64,000 nucleotides of DNA, taken from assembly GCF_018350175.1 (NCBI RefSeq), contig NC_058368.1:33420001-33484000 (forward strand), written 5' to 3'. The translations under genes were made by a program, and so were the position numbers. The DNA comes from Felis catus (Eukaryota). Shown here piece after piece: positions 40,532-54,580 of this stretch (positions within the stretch are counted from its first letter, which is position 1; each line of letters starts with the position of its first letter). The notes below the pieces were generated by a model. That model saw only the letters and a program-made list of their open reading frames with translations. It had not been told where the DNA came from and did no database searches.

Positions 40532-43500
40532 ATTTTTTTAATTCCAGTATAATTAACATACAGTGTTATATGAGTTTTAGGTGTACACGAGAGTGATTCA
40601 ACAATTCTACACATTACTCAGTGCTCATCATTCGAAGTGTACTCTTCACCCTTCACCTTTGTCACCAATCTCCCACCCACCTCCCCTCTGGTAACTGCCA
40701 GTTCTCAATATTTCAGTCTGCCTTTTTGTCTTTTTTTTTTCTTTCTTCATTTGTTTGGTTCTTAAATTCTTCGTATAAGTGAAACCATAAGGCTTTTGTT
40801 TTTGTTTATTGTTGTTTTTGAATGACTGACTGACTTATTTCACTTAGCATCATACCCTTTATATCCATCCATGTTGTTGCAAATGGCAAGACTTCCTTCT
40901 TTTTATGGCTGAGTAATATTCTATTGTGTGTATCTCACCTATTCTTTGTCCATTATTCTATCAGTGGGCACTTGAGTTGGTTCCATAATTTGGCTATTAT
41001 AAATAATGGTGCATAAACATAGGTGTGCATATATCTTTTTGAGTTAGGATTTTTGTATTCTTTGGGTAAATACCCAGTAGTGTGGTTACTAGATCATATA
41101 GTAATTCTATTTTTAATCCTTTGAGGAACCCCCATATTATTTTCCACAGTGGCTGCACCTGTTGGCATTCTCACCAACAATGCACAAGGGTTCCTTTTTC
41201 TCCACATCCTCACCAACACTTGTTTCTTATGTTTTTGATTCTAGCCATTCTGACAGGTGTAGGGTGATATTTCATTGTAGTTTAATTTGCATTTCCTAGA
41301 TGATTAGTGATACTGAGCCTCTTTTTGTGTGTTTCTGTTGGCCATCTGTATGTCTTCTTTGGAGAAATGTCTGTTCATGGATTCTGCACATTTTTAATTG
41401 GATCATTTGGTGCATGGTTTTGTTTTGTTTTGTTTTGGGTTTTGGTGTTGGGTTGTATAAGTCCTTTATATGTTTTGGATACTAACTCCTTACCAGATAT
41501 ATCATTTTCAAACATTTTCACCATTTCAGTAGGTTGTCTTGTTTTGTGTTTCCTTTGCTATACAGGGCTTTTTAAATTTTTATTTATTTATATTTAGAGA
41601 AAGAAAGAAAGAGTGAGTTGGGGAGGGGCAGAGGGAGAGGGAGAGAGAAAATCCCAACCAGGCTCTGCACTATGAGAATGAAGCACAACACAGGGCTCAA
41701 TCTCATGAACTGTGAGATCATGACCTGAGCTGAAATCAAGGGTCAGATGCTTAACAGACTGAGCCACCCTGGTGTCCCAAAGCTTTTTATTTTGATGTAG
41801 TGCAAATAGTTTATTTCTTTTCCTTCCCTTACTTTGAAAATCTAGGAAAATGTTACTATGGCTGATGTCATAGAAATCATCGCCTATGCTCTCTTCTAGG
41901 ATTTTTATGGTTTCAGATGTCACATTTAGATCCATCTTGAGTTTATATTTGTATTTGGCATAAGAAAAAAAGTGGTCTAGTTTCATTCTTTTGCACGTAG
42001 CTGTCCAGTTTTGCCAATTTGTTGACGAGACTTTTTCCGATTACATAGTCTTGCTTCCTTTGTCATAGAGTAATTGGCCATAAAATTGTGGGTTTATTTC
42101 TTTTCTGGGTTTTCTATTCTATTTCATTCGATCTATGTGCCTAGTTTTTGCAGTATCCTACAGTTTTGATTTCTACAGCCTTGTAGTATACCTTGAAATC
42201 TGGGATTGTGATACCTCTAGTTTTGTTCTTGCCAAGAGTCCTTTAGCTCTTTGGGACCTTTTGTGGTTCCATAAAAATTTTAGGATTATTTGTTCTATTT
42301 CTGTGAAAAATGCTGTTGATATTTTGATAGGAATTGCATTCAATCTGTTGATTGGTTTGGGTAGTATGGACATTTAACAATATTTGTTCTTCCACTCCAT
42401 GAACATGCAATAATGTTCATTTGCTTGTGTCGTCTTCAGTTTCTTATGTCAATGTTTTGCACAGGTCTTTCACCAACTTGGTTAGGTTTATTTCTGGAAA
42501 TTTATGATTTTTGGTGCAATTGTAAATGGGATTCTTTTCTTAATTTCTCTTTCTGCTATTTCATTATTAGTGTATAGAAATGCAGCAGGTTTCTGTATAT
42601 TGATTTTGTATACAAAACTGAATTATCAGTTGTAATAGTTTTTTGGTAGCACTTTTAAGCTTTTCTATATATATATATATATAGTATCATGTCACCTACA
42701 AATAGTGAAAGCCTTATTTTTTCCTTACCAATTCAGATGTTTTTATTTCTTGTCTGATCTCTGTGGTTAAAACTTCTAGTATTATGTTGAATAAAAGTGG
42801 TTAGCATGGACATCCTTGTTTTGCTCCTGATCTTTGGGGAAAAGCTGTCAGTTTTTCCCCATTGAGTGTGATGTTAGCTGTGAGTTTTTCATAAATAGCT
42901 TTTATGATGTTGAGGTATGTTACCTCTAACCCTCCTTTTTTGAGGGTTTTTATCATGAATCGATGCTGTACTTTTTCGTCAAATTCTTTTTCTGTATCTA
43001 TCGAAATGATCATACAATTTTTATCATTTCTCTTATTGATGTGATGTATCACACTGATTTATTTACAAATATTGAACCACTCTTGTATGCCAGGTTTAAA
43101 TCCCACTTGATCATAGTGAATGATTTTTGTAAATGTATTCTTGGATTTGGCTTGCTAATATTTTGTTAAGGGTTTTTCCATTATGTGCATCAGGGATATT
43201 AGCCTGTAGTTATCTTTATTTTGTAATGTCTTCACCTGGTTTTGACACTGGGTAAGCTGGCCTCATAGAATGAATTTGGAAGCTTTCTTCCTCTTCTACT
43301 TTTTGGAATAGTTGGAGAAGAAAAGGTATTAGATCGTCTTTAAGTATTTGGTAGAATTCACCTGTGAAGCCACCTGATATGGACTTGTGTTTGTTGGGAG
43401 TTTTTTGATTACTGAATCGATTTCATTTTTGGTAATCGGTCTGTTCAAATGATCTATTTCTTCATGATTCAATTTTGGTAGATATATGTTTCTAGAAATG

Positions 43501-45277
43501 TATCCATTTCTTCTAGGTTGTACAATTTGTTGGCATTTAATTTTTCATAGTATTCTCTTATACTATCCTTTGCATTCCTGTGGTGTCGCGTAGTATTTCT
43601 CCACTGTCATTTCTGAATTTGATTATTTGAGTCCTCTCTTCTTTTTTTAATGAGCTTAATGGTTTATGAATTTTGTTGATCTTTTTAAAGAACCAGCTCC
43701 TGTTTTCATTGATCTGTTCTATTGGTTTTTTAGTTTCTATTTCATTTATTTCTGCTCTAATCTTTATTGTTTTCTTTCTTTTAGTGGTTTGGGGTTTTGT
43801 TTGTTCTTTTTCTAGCTCCTTTACATATAAGGTTTATTTTTTTTATTTGAGATTTTTCTTGCTTTTTGAGGTAGGCATGTATGACTATAAATTTCCCTGT
43901 TACAACAGCTTTTGCTTCATCCCAAAGATTTTGGACTGGTGTGTTTTCATTTTAATTTGCCTCTATGTAATTTTTTTTTATTTCTTCTTTGATTTCTTGT
44001 CGACCCATTTATTGTTTAGTAGCATGTTTTAATCTCTATTTACTTGTGTTCTTTTCAGGTTTTTTTCTTTGGTTGATTTCTAGTTTCATAGTATTGTGGT
44101 CAGAAAAGATGCATGTTATGACTTCAATCTTTTTAAATCTGTTGAGACTTATTTTTTGGCCCAAAATGTGATCTATTCTAGAGAATGTTCCATGTGTATT
44201 TGAAAAGAATGTATATTCTGCTGTTTGGGGATGGAATGTTTTGAATATATCTGATAGATCCATCTGGTCCAATGTGTCATTCAAAGTCGCTGTTTCCTTA
44301 TTGATTTTCTGTTTGGATGATCTATCCATTGATGTAAGTGGGGTGTTAAAGTCTGATGTTATTAACATATTACTATTGATTGTTTCTTTTATGTTTATTA
44401 GTAGCTGTTTTATGTATTTGGATGCTTTGTTGTTTGGTGCATAAATATTTACAGTCGTTTACCTTCTTGTCGGATTGTTCCCCTTATGATTACATAGTGG
44501 CCTTGTCTCGTTATAACCTTTGTTCTAAAATTTATTTTATTCAGTATTAAGTATTGTAACCCCAGCTTTCCTTGCACTTATGTTGCATGATGAAGTTTTT
44601 CTATCCCTTCACTTTCAATCTGCATGTGTCTTTAGGTCTCAAATGAGTCTCTTGAAGACAGTATATAGATGGGTCTTGCTTTTGCTTTTTTATCCACTTT
44701 GTCACCTTAAGTCTTTTTATTGGAGCATTCACATAATTCAGTTCATTTACATTCAAATAATTATGGATAGGTATGTACTTATTGCCATTATGTTACCTGT
44801 TTTACAGTTGCTTTTGCATTTCTTTTCTGCTCCTTACTTCTCTTGCTCTCTTCGATATAGCTTGATGGCTTTCTTTAGTGATATACCTAGATTCCTTATC
44901 TTTATTTTTTGTATATCTATTACTGAGTTTGATTTGTGATTACCATTAGGTGTATATGTAGCATCTTATCCATATCCCCATTCTCTATTCGGTTTTTGGT
45001 GCGTTAAGTTTGAATCTATTCTAAAAGCACTAACTTTTTATTCCTCTCCCAACCCATATTTTACGTATATGGTGTCATTTCTTACATCGTGAATCCCTTA
45101 ACTGATGTTTACAGATATACTTAATTTCCCCTACATTTTTCTGTGGAGAGTCTGTTCTACATATTTTGGGTTGTTTTCTAGGTTATTTATTCTGCTGTAG
45201 GAGTTACCTAGATACACTTACATGTGAAGAGGTGATCTTAGGATCCTCCTACTCTGTCATCTTCCCCAAAAGTCTCT
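40532..45277 (-). mobile_element. Carnivore L1 with complete but degraded ORF2, inter-ORF spacer and 5' tip; ORF1 absent
   Basis: 3'UTR at 40532; ORF2 peptides (42173-42373, 42801-43052, 44036-44368); 5' tip GGGGAAGATGACAGAGTAGGAGGATCC near 45268. Confidence 0.88.
41575..41778 (-). mobile_element. Can-SINE nested in L1
   Basis: Reverse SINEC body; GCTTTTTA at both flanks. Confidence 0.92.
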
Positions 45278-45282
45278 AAACT

Positions 45283-48005
45283 AAATTTTTTCAAAGCCAG
45301 CATTACGCTGATACTAAAGCAAGACAAAAACACTACTAAAAACAAACAAACAAACAAACAAACAAACAAAACACCCTGAAAATCCTGGATGAACACAGAT
45401 GCAAAAAATAGTCATCAAAATACTAGCAGGCCAATCCAATACCACAATAAAGTCATCATAAACATGACTAGTAGTATTTATCCCTGCAAAACAGGACTGG
45501 TTCAACGTACAAAGGTAATGTTATGTTCCACATTAACAAAGTGAAGGAAAAATAATTACAAGATTGTCTCAATAGAGCAAAAACAATAAAATTCCACATC
45601 CTTTCATGATAAAAACTCTCAGCGAGCTAGTAATAGAAGAAAGTCACTACAACATAATAATGGCCATAAATGAGAAGTCCAAAGATAACAGATTTCTCAT
45701 CAGTGAACAACTGAAAGCTTTTCCTCAAAGATCAAGAAAAAGTAAGAATGATTATTCTTGCTACTTCTATTCAACATAGTAGTGAAAATCCTACCCACAA
45801 CAATTAGATAAGAATAAAATAAAATGCATTCAAATCAGAATAGAGGAAGTAAAATTATTTTCATTTTTAGATGTCATGATCTTATATGCGGAAAACCCTA
45901 AAGATTACACATTAAAAAAATACATAGCTAATAAACTCAGTAAAATTTCAGATACAATGTCATCATACAAAAATCAACTTTGTTACTAACCACTAAAAAT
46001 GAACTACCTAGAAAAAAATTTAGATCAATCCCATTTACAACAGCATCAAAAATAATAACATACTTAGGAATAAACTTAACTGAAGGTGAAAGATCTGTAC
46101 ACTGAAAACCATTAAACTAATTTGATAGAAATGAAGGAAGGCATAAATAAATGGAAATGCATTCCATATTCATGGATTGGAGAAATTAATCCTATTAAAT
46201 TGTCCACACTACCTAAAGGAATCTATGATTCAATGGAATCCCTATGAAAATTCCAAGAGCATGTGTTATATATAAAAATAGACAAAGAAATTCTAATATT
46301 CATATAGATCCACAAAAGACCCCAAATAGCCAAAACAATCTTGAGGGAAAAAACAAAAAACAGAGGTGGAGGCACTATACTTCCTGATTTTGAGATATCT
46401 TCCATAGTTACAGAAATTAGTAATTAAACCATTATGGTACTTAGTATAAAGACATATATGCACCAATGGAACAGAACAGAGATCCCAGGAATAAACCTAT
46501 ACAGATACAGTCAACTGATCTTTGACAAGGGTGCTAAGAATACACAATGGAAAAAGGATAGTCTCAACAAAAGGTGTTAGAAAAACTGGTTCTTCTTGGG
46601 CAAAACAATGAAATTGTACCTTTATCTTCCACCAGACACAAAAGACAATTCAACAAGTCCTGAAACTATAAAACTTCTAGGTGAAAATCTAGAGGGAAAT
46701 ATTTATGACCATTGGCCTTGGCAAGTAATTCTTATATATAACACCAATAGCATGCAGCCAATGAAAGCAAAATTAAACAAATGGAACTACATCAAACTAA
46801 AAAAGCTTTTGCACAGCAAAGGACAAAAGAGCGAAAAGGCAATCTATGGAATGCAAGAAAATATTTGAAAACTATATATCTGTTAAGGAGTTAATATCCA
46901 AATTTACAAGGAATTGCTTAAGTTATAACAATTATAAGTTGTTAAAAACAGATTAACATGATTCAACAAAAGGGGAGGAGGCAAAGGAATTGAATAGGTA
47001 TTTCTTTTTTTTAATGTTTATATTTATTTTTGAGACAGAAAGAGACAGAGCATGAGCAGGGGAGGAGCAGAGAGAGAGAGAGAGGGAGACACAGAATCCG
47101 AAGCAGGCTCTAGGCTCTGAGCTATCAGCACAGAGCCTGATGCAGGGCTTGCACCCACAAACCATGAGATCATGACGTGAGCTGAAGTTGGATGCTCAAC
47201 TGACTGAGCCACCCAGGTGCCCCTGAATAGATATTTCTTAAAAGAAGACTAAGAAGTAGCCATAAAAAACATATGAAAAGATGTTCAGTATCATGGATAT
47301 GCAAATCAAAACCACAATAAGATATTACTTCACCTCTTTTAGGATGGTTGTTATTTGCATAACTGAAGATGACAAGTGTTGGTCAGAATGTGGATAAATT
47401 GGAACTCTTGTGCACTATCGGTAAATATGTAAAATGGTACAGCCCATAGGTAAAACAGTATGGAGAGTGCCTCAAAAAATTAAAAAATAGAACCACTATA
47501 GGATCTAGAAATCCCACTTACAGGTTTTTATCCAAAATAATGGAAATCAAAATCTCAAAGAGATACCTTTTCTTCCGTGTTCCTTGCAACATTATTCACA
47601 GAAGCCAAGAGGTGAAAATGACTTAAATGTCCATAAATAGATGAATGGAACGTTAAATGTAGCAAAAACATACAATGGAATATTATTCAGCCGTAAAAGG
47701 GAAATAAACCCTGCAATACAGCAACACATATGAACGCGAAGCCCAGGGTGCTAAGTTAAACAAGCGTGTCATAGAAGGACAAATATTGTGTCATTCCACT
47801 TATGTGAGTTATCTCAAATAGCCAAACTCATAAAAGCAGAGATTAAGACATTGGTTGCCAGGGGCTGAGGAGGATAGGGAAATGGACAGTTGTTTTTCAA
47901 CAGATATAAAATTTCATTTATACAGATGAATAAGTTCTAGAGATCTGCTGTTCAACATTATGATTATAACTAATAATACTGTATTGTATACTCCAAAGTG
48001 TTAAA
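45283..48005 (+). mobile_element. Old L1 (L1MA/L1MB-like): ORF2 3' two-thirds plus 3'UTR
   Basis: Degenerate ASITLI.K.DK, YLGINL and CTAK motifs; 3'UTR ATGAATAAGTTCTAGAGATCTGCTG. Confidence 0.88.
47007..47223 (-). mobile_element. Can-SINE nested in L1
   Basis: TSD TGAATAG(G/A)TATTTCTT at 46991-47006 and 47224-47239. Confidence 0.95.
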
Positions 48006-48021
48006 TGTTCTTTCTAGTTAA

Positions 48022-48086
<65 letters not shown>

Positions 48087-48169
48087 TACATATATATGTG
48101 TATATATATGTATGTGTGTATATATATATGTATATATACATATATATATACACACACACATACACACAC
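48022..48169 (+). repeat. Compound (TA)n/(CA)n/(TG)n microsatellite
   Basis: Direct read. Confidence 0.97.
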
Positions 48170-48203
48170 GGGAAATAAAGGAACTACTGAATTGAGTCAC
48201 TTA

Positions 48204-48295
48204 TTTTTTTATAATCTAGACTTTTTATTTTTTATTTTTTGAAGTTTATTTTTGAGAGAGCATATGCATAGAGGAGGGGTAGAGAAAGAGAGAGT

Positions 48296-48336
<41 letters not shown>

Positions 48337-48470
48337 AGAGAGAATTCCAAGCAGGCTTCACGCAGTCAGTGCAAAACCCAACGCGAGGCTCAGTCCCATA
48401 AACTGAGATATCATGACCTGGGCTGATATCAAGAGTCAAATGCTTAACTGACTGAGCCATCCAGGCACCC
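48204..48470 (-). mobile_element. Can-SINE
   Basis: Reverse SINEC body ending CCAGGCACCC, (GA)n tract. Confidence 0.93.
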
Positions 48471-48809
48471 GTAGAGTTACCTTTATTTATTTATTTTTTG
48501 GTAGACTTACTATTTAAATGACTTATGAACTGATGAGCTTATTTTACTAGCATTTAATTAAGGAATTTAGATTTCTTTGGTCAGTAGAACAAAGTGAAAT
48601 ACCTGTAGCAGAAGATGTTCAAAAGTCTATGTCTCCTTTAGAAGATTAAAATAGCTGCAAATACATAAAATTTTAGTGGGGAGAGACTAATAAGAAAGAG
48701 GTTAACCTATGAGAATTGCTGTAGTCTAACTGAGAGCTAATGAACCATATAGGAGCAACAGCGCTCAAAGGAAGTAATCAATTTGGCAGAATTTGCAAAA
48801 GGAAAATCA

Positions 48810-49030
48810 TAGTAATAATCAGAGTAAAGAGTTTTTGAGCATCTGCCTTTTTGCAAGGTATTATACTAAGCATTTTACAAGCATTTAGTCATCTCAATTC
48901 TATGAAATACATTTTAGTATTCTTCCCATTTTGCAGATGATGAGACAGGTTAATGAAAGGAAAAAAAAAAACCACAAATATTCTCTGGCAAGGCACAGAC
49001 CTAGAATGGAAGTTAGAACTGATATTGAGT
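48810..49030 (-). mobile_element. MIR relic
   Basis: TTTTTGAGCATCTGC...CCCATTTTGCAGATGATGAGAC core. Confidence 0.65.
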
Positions 49031-49033
49031 AGT

Positions 49034-49037
<4 letters not shown>

Positions 49038-49089
<52 letters not shown>

Positions 49090-49283
49090 TATTTGTTTGT
49101 TTGTTTACTTATTTATTTTGAGAGAGAGAGATCACAAGCAGGGGAGGGGCAGAAAGAGGGGGGGAGGGAATCCCAAGCAGGCTCCATGCTGTCAGCACAG
49201 AGTCCAATGGCGGGGCTCAATCTCACAAAGTGGGAAATGATGACCTGAGCTGAAATCAAGAAACTGAGCCATCCAGGAGCCCC
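49038..49283 (-). mobile_element. Can-SINE with a (TC)n microsatellite (49038-49084) at its tail
   Basis: Reverse SINEC body 49085-49283; pure TC run abutting the tail. Confidence 0.9.
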
Positions 49284-49289
49284 TCAAGT

Positions 49290-50700
49290 AATAGTCTTAA
49301 ATTCTATCCTATCCTGTCTCCCTAGATATCCCTAATGTTTTCATATTTCAGTATCCCTCAGTTTATCAGTTCCTATACTGCAATCCTCTTGCCTAGATCT
49401 CTAGATCAAAATTATACTAAAACCAAACCCCTAATTCTCTTATACCCCTGTCCTTTCATGTTGCTCACCTGAGATACACCAGCCTTTTATCTCTGCTATA
49501 TTTTACTTCTACTACACATGCATCAAGTACTGTGAGAAAATAATATACATATTCAGACAGGTCACTATTACCTGATTTTGAATCTTGGCTACCTTTACAA
49601 ACTTTTTCAAATAGAAAAGGATCCAGTTCCACAAACGCTTCCCCACTTTTTCTCATTCTGCCTCTTAGTCTTGAAGCCTGCTTAATTGCAGAACCAGAGC
49701 TAATTTTATCTGATCTCCTAAAACTTCTTGACACACTTCTTACTACCAAGATATCCACCTTAATTTCTCCTGCCTAGTTTTGGAGGAAAAGGTATCTCTT
49801 ATTTTAAATATTTATATTTTTTGCCTTTGCAAGTACTCATTCTTGTCTTCTCTTGGATCTTTCTCTATCAGCCATCTCCTTCCTGTAATGGTTTTTCATA
49901 CCTTTAACCAATACATTTTTGTCCTTGCAATTATAATAAACACTCTTCTCAGATTGTCTCTACCCTTTGTTAATATCTGCTGTTTCTCCTTCCTTTTCTA
50001 TTTACTCGTACCTTTTATTCATTAATGAACTGACAGAAGTTGAGTCTTTATCTAATGTTTATGTTATATAATTGCTTTTACTAAGGTCTCCAAGAATTAT
50101 CTGGTTTTCCAAAAACAGTAAAGGTGCATCGAGTCTTACGTTTGGCATGCCTTCTGAGTGTGGTACTATTAGTCCCAACTTCATTACCATCAAACTCTTT
50201 TCTTGGGCTTCTTCTGTGATACCCATCTTCTTGAGTCTCCATGAAATCTGTGAATAAGTTTTTCTAGTCTTATATCTGGACTGCTCTTCATCTCTGTGAC
50301 CTTTAAATTATTGTTGTTCCCTCAAAGTTCAGCCTTTTGCATACAACTCATTAATCTTGCAAAATCATCTTAACTGATTTTATACATCCTCATAGTTGGC
50401 CAAGTCCATAGACTTAGGGGTCTCAAATCTGTCTCTACTCTCTTAATTATTATGGAGATTGTTCCCATAAACTACTATATTGATATCCCACAAGAATTTC
50501 AATGCCACTGTTTCAAAATGTACCATCTTCTATCCCTTAGGAATTTTTCTTCCTGTAGTATTCTCTGCATCGGTTGACAGTACTATGATCCATCTAGTTA
50601 CCAATATTTGAAAACTGGAAGCTATTGCTTATGACCAAATGTCTTTCAAACCAATGGCTTACTTATTAAATCTTCTTACATTGCTATATTCTCTGTCCTA
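49290..50700 (+). mobile_element. Long L2 relic
   Basis: Pyrimidine-rich with L2-like motifs (CTCTTTTCTTGGGCTTC, TTGTTCCCTCAAAGTTCAGCC, ATCCATCTAGTTACCAA). Confidence 0.6.
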
Positions 50701-51798
50701 CATGTGTGAAAATCAGGCTATTATCTATGGTATCAAAGGTGATTGATGAAAACTTCTATCACCCTTAACCTTAAAAAAAAGGCATTTTGATACTGCATAC
50801 ATTTTTACTACATAGTGAAATAAACTATTAATTATTTTTATTAATAACAAAAGTATTTGTACTGAAGGAGAATATCAGGGTCTACAAGTATGGTCACAGA
50901 AGGATATGGACTGACGCAAATTTTTCTGCTGCAAATAATATAATATCATGAATATAACAGTTATAAAGACAAAATCTAAAAACTCACATAGAATATTTTC
51001 TAACTATACCTAGTACATTTATAGGAGAAAGTGAATTGGAGACAAGAGAAAGATGAGCTACAAAGGACTTAAGCAGAGCAGTGTTAGACTAAGGCAATAA
51101 CGGCAAAATAGTATCTGCGTATAGCTATATCTTATTCTCTGGATATTTAGCCCCGTGTGCACATATGGAATACCTTCTATACATATCCTGTTATCTAAAT
51201 TTCCAGGTAGCAGATCCCACTGTCCTGCTTCAAAATTTGAACCTTCTCATTTCCTCCAGTTTGGCCTGGCATCCAAGGTTTTAAACTTGCTTCATCCTCT
51301 AAAAATATGGTGAACTGTCTCTATTTCTTTATTTACTAATTAAAATTAGTTACCTGTATCATCAGGATCTACTAATAATAGACTCCTCTATTTGAGCCAC
51401 GTTATTCCAATGTTGTGATGAAACTAGAATAATATAAAATTTATAAATAAAATTTCACAGTAACAAATGCTTCATGGATCTGTTACTCCTGGACTCAGAA
51501 AGACTAGAACAAATAGTGGATTACTGGGACTCCGACGAAAGAATGGTGACAATACGAAGTTTTTCTGAAGGCATAGTCCTCTGGAGGTACTCTTGGTGTG
51601 AACATTTACCTTTCTTAAATCATTTATTCCCCAAGAAACATTGGAAATACTGATCAACTTTGGATCCAAAAGTTATGTTCTTGTGTGTTGTGAAACAAAA
51701 ATGGAAAAGTTGACATTTTATCAGGTATTAGTGGTTTGATAAAGAAATATCTCTTACAATTTCTTGTCTAAAAGAAAAGTGACAGACTATGTCTCATT

Positions 51799-52113
51799 AA
51801 TGTGGATGGAACTGGAGAGTGTTATGCTAAGTGAAATAAGTCATACAGAGGAAGACAGATACCATATGTTTTCACTCTTATATGGATCCTGAGAAACTTA
51901 ACAGAAGACCATGGGGGAGGGGAAGGAAAAACAAGTTAGAGAGGGAGGGAGCCAAACCATAAGAGACTCTTAAAAACTGAGAACAAACTGAGGGTTGATG
52001 GGGGGTGGGAGGGAGGGGAGGGTGGATGATGGGTATTGAGGAGGGCACCTGTTGAGATGAGCACTGGGTGTTGTATGGAAACCAATTTGACAATAAATTT
52101 CATATAAAAAATA
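51799..52113 (+). mobile_element. 5'-truncated L1_Fc-type 3' end
   Basis: Closely matches 63390-63710 (TGGATGGAACTGGAGAGTG...AATAAATTTCATATAAAAA). Confidence 0.95.
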
Positions 52114-52877
52114 ACAGTATGACAGACGACTCATATCTAAGTTATTAGAACTAAAAATGAAGAATTCTTCTTTGACTATTTGATGCCATATGCAGTACAG
52201 ATCCCAGGTATTAAAACTATTCCCCTTCCCCAATCAATTCTGACTTTTCCAAGCCAAAGTCGAAATTGACAGGTGGGTTTCAAACAAAAGTGACCTTGCC
52301 ACTCAGGAACAAAAGGGGTGAATGAAAAAACCAAAAGCTTATTTCTCCTAAGAGCAAAGCAACTGGATCTTGCGTGTTCTTAGTTACTGTAGGAAGTCCC
52401 ACCTACACTGTAGTTTCTCAGACTGAAACACATATTTAGCTTAGATGTCCATAGAACATAAAACCACAGATTTTACAAGAAAAATTACATTAATAAAAAG
52501 AGTATCCCTGTTGATTTTGGAAAGGACATTAGTAAGATCATGATTTTGGCTGTTGGTTATTTTTCTTTTGTAAAGGAATAACTAATTTCATTCCAGAGAT
52601 AATTGATTTTATACAAGTTATTGTACATTCATGTAAATATTTTGGGAAAAATAAAACAGTGCCATCTGGCAAGTAGGAAAATGCCAAATGTAGGGGAGTG
52701 TTTTAAGGTCAACGTGATTCATAAAGTACATTAAGGTGAAAAAATAATACCATGAAAATATTGGGAAAAATAACAAAAGTTATTGAAACCAACATCTGGA
52801 ATTAATTTGATAAAGCTTATATAAGCACATAGCATAGCCACCAATTTATAACAAAGACATATTAAGAGACAATCTGA

Positions 52878-53070
52878 GGGGCACCTGGGAGGCTCAGCCA
52901 GTTGAGCATCCAACTCTTGAAACCACGGTCATTAGATCGAGCCCCACCTCAGGCAGGCTATGTGCTGGCAATGTAGAGCCTGCTTGAGATTCTCTCTCTC
53001 TTCTCTACACCTCTTCCCTCACGTTTTCTCTCTCTTTCTCAAAATAAATAAGTAAACATTAAAAAAATAA
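52878..53070 (+). mobile_element. Can-SINE, older
   Basis: GGGGCACCTGGGAGGCTCAG head, CT tract, A tail. Confidence 0.9.
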
Positions 53071-54580
53071 GCAATAAGAAATAAAACCCAATCAAGCCTA
53101 GAAAAAAAATGAGACCCTACATATACATATGTTTAAAAATGATCTGTTTCATGGAGGCGTGTGGTGTATGTTTCTATGTGTTTGTGTGGTGAGTTTTATT
53201 TTGGTAATATTGATTTGTTTGCTTGCCGATGCTTTGCTTGCTTCCCGATGCTTTGCTTGCTTGCCAAATACTCACTGTTAGAGATTATTGAATATTTTTA
53301 AAGTCTCTGAAATATTAATTTATGTTAGAAACCTGGATGATTTTGAATAATTCCTACAAAGTTATTAATGACAAACGAAAATAGATCTGGGGAGACTGTT
53401 CACATTGTTGCCCAATACCCTAGGCTCTCATGACTACGGGCTTTTATTAAAGGCTAGAAACTTACTTGGGCTGTTCATCAAAACAGTTGAGCTGAAAGAT
53501 GGGCAAAATTGTGGAGGTTCAGCATATTTTCTAAGTGGCACCAGCAAGCAGTCCATTCTGAGGCTATCTGATTTAATTATACTCTAAAGACTAAGGGAAA
53601 GGCTTGATTAATTAAACTGGGGAGATAGTGCTTGTTTAAGTAATTCTTTCCTGTTGGCACATGCTCTTTAGAAAACATTAGTATTTTTTTTTTAAGTTGC
53701 AAATTGGTCACATGATAAATCCAATGACACAATTTAGTTAGGAAACTCTGGAATACTAACAACCTAACCAAAAGAACACTTTGATAGAGAAAAGAAGAAT
53801 TCCTCTGCAATTTCGAAAGTTATAAGAAAGACATTATTTCCGTCTATATCACCGTTGTTTGTATCATCTTCTAGGTCTTCAGATTTTTCAACCACTTCAT
53901 TCAAGGTTCTTTTAAATTTCACTTAATGTGTAATAAGCCGATTACATTGTAACAAATCTATTCTTCTCATATTTTATCGGTAGTCTTCTAATAGCTTAAA
54001 AAACATAGTATTCACTTTTTAATAAAGTGAGAGGCATGTATCACATATTATATCTCAAAAATACCTTCCCTAATGAAGTTCTAGAAATCTTCATTTGCAA
54101 TTATGAGTTTTCCTTTTGTGTGGTCTGTAATTCAAATGTTTATAAAATTCTGCATTATGATGTGATACAAATGATTCTTCTACAAGAAAGACTGTGAATC
54201 CTTAATGAAAGGCATCTTGTTAAAAACAATGAGTGCTAAATATAATGCATACCAGTTGGAAAGTACAAAATAAATACATTAAACTCATTTAACTCAACAA
54301 TAAAACATAATTTATGTTAAGTTTAGTACATACAAAATATATTACATGAGATATCCCATGTAATCCCCCCCAAACTGATGTAAAATAGCCTGAAATTGTT
54401 ACTATTTTTTCAGATAAAAATTCTGATACAACACTTTAGGATCCATAATGCTACTGTTCTGTGGAATTTCAAAGGTGCAAGCAAAAAATGACTTTTTTTT
54501 AACCCATTATGTATATACGGTCTTAGGCATCTTTAATGATTTCTAGTTGCTTTCATGTAAAAAAAATCTGATCACTTGAA

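Noticed and set aside
51461..51653. Open frame MDLLLLDSERLEQIVDYWDSDERMV... (59 aa) as a possible exon
   Set aside because: No polypyrimidine tract, weak donor, no recognisable protein.
53226..53262. Two copies of CCGATGCTTTGCTTGCTT with period 19
   Set aside because: Simple slippage duplication in a (TTGC)n context; no spacers, so not CRISPR-like.
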